DNA of 63,825 bases, counting the filler, from Intoshia linei (lineage: Eukaryota > Animalia > Orthonectida), in NCBI GenBank assembly GCA_001642005.1. It is 7 parts of 7 records of this genome, joined end to end, with 100 filler letters (N's around TTAATTAATTAA, not from the genome) between each part and the next. Parts side by side here need not be neighbours in the genome. Positions count along the whole stretch, not along the records: positions 28,685 to 43,295 come from LWCA01000984.1; positions 43,396 to 55,187 come from LWCA01001142.1; 5 more parts are not named here. One strand, 5' to 3'. The translations under genes and the position numbers were made by a program. Shown in pieces: positions 40,101-51,900 of this stretch. Numbering within the stretch: position 1 is the first letter of the stretch; the number at the start of each line of letters is the position of its first letter. The notes below the pieces were generated by a model. That model was given only the letters and a program-made list of their open reading frames with translations, had not been told where the DNA came from and made no database searches.

Positions 40101-41862
40101 TTCTTGTACGTGTTCAAATTTTAAGTCAGGTTAATTTATTCTATTATTTACTTGGTTAATTATCCCGAATTGTAAACGTTTTTTAAGAAATGTAATTTTT
40201 TTGAATTCTAATATTCTAATACTATACATGTATATTATAATTCTAAAATTTCAGCCATTGTTGACTAGAGATTTCCAAAGGAGTCTTCACGGGCCACTGT
40301 TGCCAACGAATTGTAATACAAAGTCATCGGAAATTTTATATACTACACTGCTGGAAAAAACTGACATATTTTTATATCTTCTTTCGATTTTAAAATAATA
40401 TAAGTTTTTTAGATAAATTGATAGATAAAACATTTTTACATGGCGTGCCATATCTATTGGATACGTTTGACCATAAAATTTCAAAAAATTTTCACAAAAT
40501 ATCCATGAATTGCAATTAATTTCATTGAACAACACTGAAAACTTGTGGGGATTTTTTAAGAGCTGTTTATTGTGATGGAAAGCAATAACATGCTACATGT
40601 GAACTAAAATCAGCAGTCTTAGTCGCATGGAATGACTTAACACAAAAGTCTCTAATACCTCTAATTCATTTAATTCCAGATCGAAGTTTTAAAGTGATAA
40701 AGAAAGTTGGTGCTTCACGCATTATTAATGATTTTTTTATTTTCATACATATTAAATTATGTCTCATAGTTTTTTCCGGCTGTGTATTATTACTTTTTAT
40801 TTACATTTTTGGAAACTCTGGTTTACAGTAAACAATGTTTTATAATTCTTGATTTAATTATAAAATGTATTCTTAGATTTTGAAAATGGCATTGGGACTA
40901 TGGTAAAACTTTTCAAGTATATAAATTGTTACAGTTTCCTATTTCTCTGAATCATTTTAAGATTTTTGAACTTTACTTTTTCTATTTTTCGTGTCTAAAA
41001 TTATTCCAAAAATTCATAATAAATTGAATTTAATGAATTTTAATAAGTTATTTACTTTACTTATGTGTATATATGTTGTACACATTCTATACGACATATA
41101 TGTATTTAATAGTCTGTATGTATAATAGTCAAATTCTTTCAAAATTAAATGTAAATATTATTTTTAACACACTAGGAAATAATGAGTACAGTTATCTCTC
41201 TACAACTTGCCATTCCGTAATCATCATGTTTTTTCTTTATTATAGAACTTATTGTTGTAAATTTGGCTATTACTTACTTAGACGTTGTAGATCAGTGTTT
41301 CCCAACCTTTTTACCACATTACCCATTTTATAATACTTATTTTGATATTACCCGCTATATTGTTTAACTGCATTTTGGATGGTCAGGTTTTTAAAATAAG
41401 CCATATAAATTTTTTAAAAAACTAATTTTAAAAAATAGTAAAATAAATGGGAAATTGTGTTTTTGACCCTGAAGAACTTAATGGGAAAAATTATATTTCA
41501 TATGTTACTGTGCATGCGACGCAAAAAAATAAAAAAAATTCCTATTTTTTTAGAACAAATTTCGCGATTACCCATGAAAAATATCAAATTACCCACTCGT
41601 GAGTAAATGCCCACATTTTGGGAATCACTGTTGTAGATAGATTACGGTGTGTTGTTTCTTTTATTATTATTAGTTAGCGTGCTTAAAAAAATTGAGTAAT
41701 GCTGATTTCAATTTATATTTAATTATAATTATGACTATTTAGTGTGAACATCAATTGGCTTGTAAAATTTCCAAAATTTTACGTTTATTGGAAAATGACG
41801 AAAAAAGAAATATTACTTTGGAAGATGATGAATTTAATGATCTACTCATGACAATTATTTAA
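37152..41862 (+). CDS. ZSWIM7: SWIM zinc-finger protein ZSWIM7/SWS1 (Shu complex), split by TE-filled introns
   Basis: Exons near 37152, 39442-39463, 39823-39925, 40063-40129, 41177-41216 and 41743-41862 splice to DEALIETLHFFYPKYALEALDIVDRSIITMYTSSSGRFFYK..FSCTCSNF..CEHQLACKIS. This matches the ZSWIM7 ALDLVDR..SGR and CxC..CxH pattern. Confidence 0.78.
37795..38061. mobile_element. MITE of the CAG(A/T)GCCGAACCTACC family
   Basis: Degenerate TIRs; internal GTCACCCGAAAATAAAAAATAGG is shared (reverse complement) with 11140-11163. Confidence 0.55.
38147..39420 (+). mobile_element. Non-autonomous Helitron, 3'-truncated, in a ZSWIM7 intron
   Basis: A|TC start followed by TACTTATATAAA..GTGTCTGTGTG. 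Long stretches are shared with 43396-43840 and 48400-48907; internal repeats GGTCAAAACCACAAATT. Confidence 0.65.
40535..40784 (+). mobile_element. Tc1 transposon 3' fragment
   Basis: Remnant ENLWG..AVY..ELKSAVLVAWNDL..LIHLIPDR..VIKKVGA, then TIR ..GTCTCATAGTTTTTTCCGGCTGTG|TA. Confidence 0.7.
41293..41630. mobile_element. hAT MITE with perfect 8-bp TSD
   Basis: TIR CAGTGTTTCCCAA / TTGGGAATCACTG; TTGTAGAT on both sides (41285-41292 and 41631-41638). Confidence 0.9.
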
Positions 41863-42001
41863 TTATTGTTAAATTATAAAAAAGTTATTAAATCTTTAAG
41901 AATATACAAGTAGTTTGGTTGTATCGCATAACTATAATTATACAATATTGTAGTTATACATAATATATAATACATAATACATCCTTATATAATATATAGA
42001 G

Positions 42002-42732
42002 CAGTGGTTCTCAACCCGTGTTCCGCGAAATTTAATTGGGATTCCGTGAAATATAAATGCTATATTTTTCAATTTAAAGTTATTCAAAATAAATAAATTT
42101 NATTTTTAAAAACATCAGACTACTCGACGTAAACAGTTTTCATAAATCTTAATTTATTATTAATTCAACTTATATATTGTTAACGGTATTATGTGGTTGT
42201 AAAATATAATACATAAAATATTTGTGGATTATTAATAATTAAACCGGAAAATAAATACTTTGATTCTGATTAATATTAATTACGTTAAACTATGTACTCC
42301 TATTTACCTAAATCCTGTTAGTTAGACATCAATCAGACCGATTATTTTTATTTCATTATTATTAATTCAACATAAACAATTCATTTAATTTGATTTTAAA
42401 CGATACACTGACAATAATAAAAATGAAAATTAGAATATCATTTTCTCCACAACAAAAAAAACAAATTTTAGATGATATCAAAATACACCAACAAAAATTT
42501 GTCTGTGAAAAGTATGGTCTTGCATCGTGAACTGTTTCAGATATAAAAAAACAAAGAAAAGATTCTTAAACAATTTAGTATAAACACAATTATTGGAAAT
42601 AAAAATAACAGTAAACGCATTATTAGCTTAGATCAGTGGTTCTCAACCAGTGTTTCGCGAAATTTAATTGGGATTCCGTGAAATATAAATGCTATATTTT
42701 TCAATTTAAAGTTATTCAAAATAAATAAATTT
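42002..42732 (+). repeat. Two near-identical ~99-bp hAT MITE left ends (42002-42100, 42634-42732)
   Basis: Both start CAGTGGTTCTCAACC and continue GCGAAATTTAATTGGGATTCCGTGAAATATAAATGC; the first ends at an N. Confidence 0.75.
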
Positions 42733-43395
42733 AAAAAATATAAATTGAAAAGTTTCTAAATTAATAAAACCAAAAATAATATTTATATATGCTTTTTTAA
42801 TTAATATACTTTTTGTGTTTATTTTAAATTATCTTTTTTAAAATTTAAAAATATTTCCTCTAAGTCAGTTTGTCGGATTTCCTATAATTTAATTCTGCAT
42901 TTTAATATATTCAGTACTTACTTTGATTAAAACAAGTCATAAAATGGATTAATGTTATATTAGTGGTTTTTATCGTTATTTATTAACTANNNNNNNNNAA
43001 AACAAGTCATAAAATGGATTAATGTTATATTAGTGGTTTTTATCGTTATTTATTAACTATGAAAGATACAAATTATAATTTTACTTGCATTGACAGCAAT
43101 TAAGCATAAGAAACGGGTAAAGCTGCTGTCGACAATAGATTTAATTTCTCAAATTCTGGCTAAATAAGCCAATTAAAATTGTATAAATTTTATTCAATTG
43201 CATAATATGAATTTCATAAAATTCAAAAAAATTGAGCTAGGAACAAATTTAAAAAAATAAACTGTATAACTAAACATGGAGAACAATATTATAAANNNNN
43301 NNNNNNNNNNNNNNNNNNNNNNNNNNNNNNNNNNNNNNNTTAATTAATTAANNNNNNNNNNNNNNNNNNNNNNNNNNNNNNNNNNNNNNNNNNNN

Positions 43396-43995
43396 CAGAT
43401 GGTACAGTTATATCCTGTTAACACACCATATTTTTTTCATTGCTACGCAATTTTTCAATCTCAAATTCTCATTTTTAAAACAAATTTATAATTTAAATTA
43501 AAACTACAACAACGAATTACTAAAAGTAATACTAATTTGTTATTATCATAATTATATTTATTAAAATCCTTTGCAATATTGGTAAAATTCACCTGAAATA
43601 TGTTTATAAAGTGCTGATTCCGTTAATTATTGATACATAATTGGTTTTTTTAAGTATTTATTAAATTGGTACTGAATATATCATCACATTGAAAATGAAA
43701 AAATCGATTGTACTGGAATTTATGCTATTTATGACAATTTTTAGGATTGGACTGTTTTTGCTTTATTTTTAATATTATTATAATAATAAATTCAAAAAAT
43801 GGGATAACAATTGTTTTTAAAATTCTTTACGCAAATGTTAACAAACTAAAAATGAAGATGGAATAATTCTATAATTAGTAATGTGATATGATATTCGTTA
43901 GATTTTCAAAGTTAATTTATTTTTTTGGTAGAATAAAAATATGTCCTCGGCAGAGCTAGGTGCTGTTTATATGTATTACATAACAATCAACCTAG
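43396..43995 (+). mobile_element. Non-autonomous Helitron 3' portion
   Basis: Homologous to 38640-39410; ends CCTCGGCAGAGCTAGG..AACCTAG|T. Confidence 0.65.
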
Positions 43996-45959
43996 TTAAT
44001 TTATAAATATTTAGCCAAATATTGAAAAATTAACGCAAACTTCTAAGTTACCATTTATAATCCCACTTAAATCATATCTATACATTTGTACATCATTTGT
44101 TTACATATATGTATGTACAAATATATTTAGAAGGCTCTAATTGTAATTGGTATTTCTAACATAGTACTAAAGTTTTAAAATTAATACCATTTTTTTGTTT
44201 TTCGTGTAAAATACATTATATATCAACTAATGGTTGAAAATTCTCAAAGTATTTAATTAACCATGTGTATAATTGTAAGATTTCCACATTCAATTATATC
44301 GATGATATTTACATTATAAAAGTGTTAATTTTTTAAATGACCCAAATGATTAAATTATAATTATTCCTTCAAAAATGCGTAAACCAATTTGTTAGTATTA
44401 TTATATCTATGTGCTATATGGCACTAATATTATGTTTGTGAAGTTTATGATAAATATTTGTAGAGCCTAATTTACATTTTACAATAGCCTCGAGCTGGGT
44501 AGGTTCGGTTCTGATTCACGGAATCAGCGAGTCACCGATTGAAAAAAATTGGTGTAAAATAAAATTCTCTATTATGCACCACGTAAAATTACGATTATGT
44601 AAATAATATATTTACAGACATGAATCATGAATGTAATTTTATCTATAATTTACAAATAATTTATTACAGTTAAATCTCTAATTTTTATTTTAGCTCTGCT
44701 TGCAATTAGTAACCTTTATAATTGGCTAATTTATATCTTTTAACACATAATTTTGCACGATTGTGCCAAAATTCAATTTAATTCAATTTAACCACATTAA
44801 ATCATTTTATAATCATTTAAACTGTTACTCAATCTGTCAAATATCATTAACAATAAATAAATGTAAATTATTTACAAAACTGTTAATACAATTATTTAAT
44901 ATATATAATATAAAATATTTAAAAAATAAATATAAATATACTAACAAATCTATATATAAAATATACCTAAGTTGTTTGACTGTTATGTACTTTGTAAAAA
45001 TAACATTTAGCTCTGCCGAGAGCCGAATTTTTAATTTATTATAAAATTAACAAAAATAATTGTACAATAACTGTATGATCTTAAAAAAATCAAATTATAT
45101 TTACAATCTAAAAAATCGTCATAAATAATATCAATCCGAGAAAATTTCAAATTTTAAATAACTTTAATAGTGTTTAACATCACACGCGAAAAACTGTTAT
45201 CGAAATTAAGTTTTTTAAATTTTACGACTTTTAATCTTTTAAATAAACGGTATCACACACAGACATTCAAATTTATATATAAGTAAAGCAGCGGCTGTAA
45301 AATGGAGGGTATTGGAAACCCTAGGGTGGCAAAAATTATATATCTTAGTTTAATTTTACGATTTATACATTTTGCGTACATACAAATACAAAAAAAAATT
45401 TAGAAATTTATACTACTCCAAAAATGTTTTAAATGACCACATCAATAAATACCTTTTAAAAACGCTTTTATTAAGGTCTCACCTTGACAAAGTTATCTAT
45501 TATTATTATTTGTAAAAAAATACAAAATAGTAAGACTAAGCAATGTATAATTTTACAATACTTAAGAATTCATTTCTAATTTCACATCCTGTATTCATAC
45601 AAATAACGTATTAGTGTCAAATTTGCATTAAAAATACAATTTAACTAAATTATTAATATTATTCAACTTGCAAAAAATATATATTTAAATGAATTGTCAA
45701 ATAATCATTTGATACCAATTTAAATACAATTAATACATGCAAAACGTAAATATATATTAAATTCAATATTTAATTTATTCTTTAAATTAATGATTATAAA
45801 CAATAAAAAATGTTTACAATACAATAAATTTCAGAGTGTATAGAATGACACAAGTGACATCTCATTAACATAACCATTAATAAAAATATTTATTAATATC
45901 AATATATTAACATTTTAGTTTTAATTTGATTGACTTTATATTTAACAAAATAAACTCAT

Positions 45960-48900
45960 TACAAGTTAGGCAAGGTTCATTATGGCACATATTTATTAAA
46001 CCGACAATTTTTGTGTTTTTCATTTGAGCAATATTCCTAAATAAAACTTAATTAATATCATTGCATTCCCCACTAAAATTAAATACAATTATGTTAAAAT
46101 ATTTAATTCCATTTAATCTAATATAATTATGATTGTAACAGTTTCGGTCAGCGCTATTTATACTGATTGATCTAAAACATGGTCCACTACTTTATAAACG
46201 ATTTACACTTCATTGTAGAATGTATTATAGTTTTATTCAGTTATGTGTAATATCATTATTATATTAAATTCTGGTATAAAATAATAAAGTAAGACACAAC
46301 TCCATGAGATACTGCGGTAAGTATAAAGATTAAATATTTTTCAGTCACATTTTGACATCCCTTGATACATTTACTGGAAGTTATCACTTTATAATTTTGT
46401 GCGTTTTCTGTAATATTCAATGTAATGTAATTTTCCTATTAGTAAATTATAATAGTAGGTTCCTCGGGACTGGAGGCCCGTTATCATGTGACCCTATCAA
46501 ATCTCCATGGTCCTGCCCACATATTACATATTTTCTCAGGGTTTTTTATATAAAAATTATACAACTAATGCGCATTACGGATAAATGTAATATTAGAATT
46601 TCCACTTTTTATTTTTTTTTTTTATTAGAAAGACCCATTTTTCATGTGCATGCCTTTTTTGATTTGAAGCATTTATCAAAAAAAATAAAATCAATTAGTA
46701 TCTACCCGCCCTCAAATATAATTATTGAAATTTAGTTTATTTTTATTTATTATTTTAAAAACATTTTACAATGTAAATATTACTAGATTTCAAATTTAGG
46801 TAATAATTTGGGGATAAATGCTTAAAACCAAAATTTGCATCAACATGCAAAATGGGTATTTCTAATAAAAATAAAGTGGATACCTTAGTCTAATACACGT
46901 AATTAAAAACTGTATAGTCAAAATATAATTTAATAAATACCCAAATGTTAATAGTTTATCAATAGTAACCAGCAATTTTTCAATTAATGAAACATTTAAA
47001 CAGTTTAGATGTGTTTCTAAACAAATTAATACATGTTTCGCTATCGTATAATTATCAGTTTTGTGTTTTTTCTCATTTGATAATTCTTGAATGTTCAATA
47101 CCCTTAAATATATATTGAGTGCCACATTGCAAATAATCTATATTTAAATTATAATTATAATTAAAATTATTGTTAAATTTCATAGTTATTTTTTTTACAT
47201 TAAGACTGAAAATATACATATACTTTCATTTATTATGATAGGGTTTCAGAGTACACTAATCTAGTTTTAGTGTAGAAACCATTTATATAATTGATATAAA
47301 AAATTCAATCCAAAAAAAAAATTATTTTAAATTGTGTTTTGAAGCGGAATTTAATTTAGTTTACATATTAATTAAAACTGAACTTTATTTAAAATACTAC
47401 AGTAAAATCTCTCAATAGCGCCATTATGATTTTTCGATATTTATGGCGTTATTCAAAATATAACGTTGTAGCGAATAGATTACGGATACGGTTACTATGT
47501 ATTAATAATCATTAAAATAGTGAAATAATGATCAAATGAAGATAATTTATATAAAAAAACGCGTTTTTTAATGTATTTGTTAGTAAATTTAATTAGGGTT
47601 TGGTAAGTTATAATTTTAAATTAGTTTAATAATTTCTATAATAACAGTTTATATAAAAATATTCATGATTTTAAATTAAAAATTTAACTTATTCTAATCA
47701 ATTTTTTTTTAAAATATTTTAAAATTGTGGTGGTATTGAGAGTTTGGCGGTAAGTAGAAATTTTATAATAAAATTATTATACAATTGAAATATAATGGCT
47801 ATATTGAGGGGTGGCGGTATTGAGAGGTCTGACTGTACTATATACATGATATTTTATTATAGGTGTTGATACCACTGTTTTAAAATTTGAAAAACCGGTT
47901 ATCGAATAATTCCTGTTATTTGAACAACGATTATCCGATTAATTGGAATTTAAAATTATTAACATAAAAACCAATAATCCTTACTTATATAATATGCTAC
48001 GCGATTTTTGGTTGTGTGTGTGTGTGTTCTACTTTATTTAAATAACTACCCGTCTTAAAATTTTATAAAGTTCTCATTTCAATTACAGTTTTTTCCGGGT
48101 GTTAGCAAAATACACTTCAACATCCCAAATCACAAGTCACATCTTACGGGTCAAAAACCCCAATTGTCCCTTTTTTTGAAAATCAAACGAGTTGGAGAAT
48201 TTAAAAAAATATATACGCTGATGCGGACTTTAAAATCATGAACATTATCATAATTTTAAATGCTGATGCGGATTTTAAAATCATAAACATTATCATAAAT
48301 TTAAATTTAAAAAAATACACTGATGCGGATTTTAAAATCATAAACATTATCATAAATTTAAATTTAAAAAAATTATATTTTCAAAGCCAAAACCACAAAT
48401 TACCCTTCTTTTTGTTAATGAAAACAGGTCTAGAGTTTCAAAAAATTTACAGGTTGTACAGTTGTATCCTGTTAACACACACAAAAAATTTCAATCCGAA
48501 TAAGTGACGACTTCATGGTCAAAAAAGCATTTTAGTATTTATATTTTTTTTCGAAATATTTTATTAAAACAAAAAGTGTGACATAATTAACGGTCCGTAA
48601 ATTAAAAAGAAAAGATTATTCTGATAGAGCTTATTCCAGTTGATATAAATACAAAAGTTCAATCCCAGAAATTTACGCTTTCCCGATAAAAAATAATTTT
48701 TAATATATTATCAACCAATATTTTTCAAATATTTCGATTAACATTAAATGTAAATATTGATCAAACAATTAAAAAAAAATGTGTAGTGAACGTCTACACA
48801 TTTCCAATAAAGAAATATAGATGAAAATATATATAATTCATTCCTTCGGAATTTTTTCATTGCTACGCAATTTTTAAATTTACAAATTCTCATTTTCAAA

Positions 48901-51900
48901 ACATTTAATATTGAGTTAGGTTATATCTTCGTTATTCTGACTTATAAATATTTTATTTTTAACAATGTAATATTACCACATATGGAGAAAGAAAAAGACG
49001 AGAAATATTTATAATTCCATCTGAATCAATAAACGTTTCAATATAAGAAGCATCTTTTAATAAATTAGCCATTTTGTCCATTATTTCAACTTTTTTATTG
49101 ACTACATATGGTATATTATATTTTATATACTCGAGAGGATAAATCATCTTTTACTTACAAATACAATATGAATATAAAAATGAATAAATGTGTGTGTCTG
49201 TATGATACTGTTTAATTAAAAATTTAATAGTTCGCAGTGTTAGAGTTATAATGTTCTATCTGCATAAACATAGTTTTTCATTAATCGACTTTAAAGTTTA
49301 AAAGTACTATATTGCCTAAAATATAATTTTTATGTTGAAATTTAATTATACAATTTAGTTTTTTAATATTTGTTAAAGTATATTGAAAAGTTTCGTACGA
49401 TAAAAATAAAAAAATAAGGGTTTTTCAGAACTTAAATTTCATTAATAGAACAAAATGTCCAACTATTTGATTTCAAAAAATTGCAAATAAAACATTATTC
49501 TATAGAAACTGTTGATATTTAACATTTTTATCAATTTATATGTTTAATTTATAAAATTCTTTACTCATTGTCCATTTTGATTAACATACTTTTAATATAT
49601 TATTTTTTTTAGAATCTGTGAGGATATTTTGAATAGGAATTTGATAATTTTATAAGGAATTATCAAGTCAAGATTTAGTAATTGAACCAGTAAATGTTAG
49701 TTATATCATAAAATAATACGTTTTCAAGCTTAATTTTTTTAGTAAAAATGTAAAAGATATGATTTAAAACATTTTTCATCAAAAACCTCATTTTTGACAA
49801 AAATGCAGATAGAACATTATAACTCTAACACTGCGAGTTATAGAATTAAAAAAACTCAATTTATAATATATTTTTTTAAGTTATGTTGTATTATATATTT
49901 CATTCTCAGAAATTGAGGACCTCAAGATGAAAAACCCAAATTACATTATCGTAAACCACAAACTCAGAAACTGACACCTTCATGATCAAAACCACAAATT
50001 ACATTTATGTAATTTATGATTCTGTAATTGTATTTTTTAGTTTATTATTTATAGTTTAAATTTATTGAGTACAAATGTATAATCAATTAAATAATCCGTC
50101 TTAAAATTAAAAAGTCTGCACTAGGCAGAGCTAGATGCAGTTTTTACGAACTGGGTAATAGTAAAGCTAGTATAATATAAATCGATATAGAAATTTTTAA
50201 TCCTTTAGTGATTATCACCACACGCCAATAATTCAATTTCAATTTATACCATCAAAAATTATCCAATATTTAAATATGACTTTATTTTATTTACATTATT
50301 ATTATTAATTATTAATTTTATTATATTTAATTTATTTTAATATTTGATATTTAGTTTATTGAATAATAAAAATTATTTTTTTTTTAAATATTAAAAAAAT
50401 CAAGTTTTAAAACATAAATAAAATTTTACAATACATATTTACTGAGTACAACCGGTTGTACATTTTCCACATTTCAAGACTGTTCGGATCTGTTCATAAC
50501 CAGGTTCATAGAGAGTCAGCATAGGCCAGGCAAAATTTAAAAAAAAATAAAACCTCTATAGATTGATTAATCGATCGTTAATTATCTCAAAATAAAAAAT
50601 AACTAATTGGACTGTTGATATAACATTTTATTATAAGATAATTTTGTTATTCTTAAGAAATTTTCTAGCATTACCTATTAATAAATTAAAAAAGTAGACC
50701 CTCATGATTGTAGACTCGGCCATATGGCCCCTAACCCTCTACACGCCCCTGGTTTTCACACAGTGTAAGGATCATACTTAATAATAATAAATTCATATTA
50801 ATTGTAAATATTATTAATATTATTATGGATAAAATGCGGTTTAATAGATTTATATAATTATGTGTAAAACGTATATCATTAATTCGAGCTATATTGCTAA
50901 ATTGAAAGATCTCGAATCAAATTTACGGCTATCGAAATAAAATCATATGATGTTTGTGCTTTTGAAATTTAAAAATATCGTCACATTTCCATTTAATTCA
51001 AATGTCTGCATATAATTAAATAAAGCTCAACATAATTGGTTAGTCTTACAGAACCGAACCTACCCAGCTCGAATCCACCATAAAACACAGTTTTTTCACA
51101 AACCATGCTTGCTGTCATATAATAATAGCCCTAACGCCTTTATAAGTCTCTTGATTTTATATTTTAAGATAAAAATTGCCAAAATAGTATGATATACAAA
51201 AATATAATTTTTTAGTGCTCAATTTGGAAAAATAAATGGCCCATTTTAAAAATATTCGTGTAGCCCCCTCCCCCGAATAGAGAATCGGTAAGGTAGGTTC
51301 AATACTGACTTCTTAGTATTAAAGATATATAAATTAAACAGCATTTCATAATTACTTACCTGTTTCAACAATATTAACCAAAATTAACAAAATATTAATT
51401 TCAATTGATTTTTTTAATTTTTCACAAATGACACTCCTTTTTTCAAGTAAATTATTGTAATTGGTAGGTAAAATTGTTACAAGTGGTCGTAGTTCCGTTT
51501 TATTTATATTCTACATTAAAATTAATACAAATTCATAAAAATAAAAATACTTGATTCAAATTTTTTATAATTTGAAAAATAATCCAAACATCTTAAAATA
51601 TATCAAATTTAATATTTACTTTTCATAATACTTTTGGAGAGATTTAAGGATTTTTTTTGGACCAAAATGTTGAAATATTTTGAAAACCCATATTTTATAA
51701 AAGTTTATTTCTTAAACTACTTTCAATGTACGTCATACATCAATTGTCGTCAATATTATGATGAATAGAAATACCTCAGTTAATACAGTTAAGATGTTTT
51801 TGGCATATGAGAGTTTAATAAGTCTCAACAAAGTAACATTACAGAATTATTTTTTAATCTTCACATTATAATTGATATTAAAACATGTTCAATCAACTTA

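Noticed and set aside
42929-43040. Tandem duplication of ~60 bp
   Set aside because: The copies flank a short N gap, typical of an unmerged contig overlap.
46440-46717. ORF 46352-46735 as a host gene
   Set aside because: The GGPLS..KSP segment and the CCCGCCCTCAAATA end look like a decayed mariner-type remnant; too degraded to annotate.
48238-48507. ORF with repeated DADFKIINIIINLNLKK peptide
   Set aside because: A by-product of tandem repeats inside a non-autonomous Helitron.
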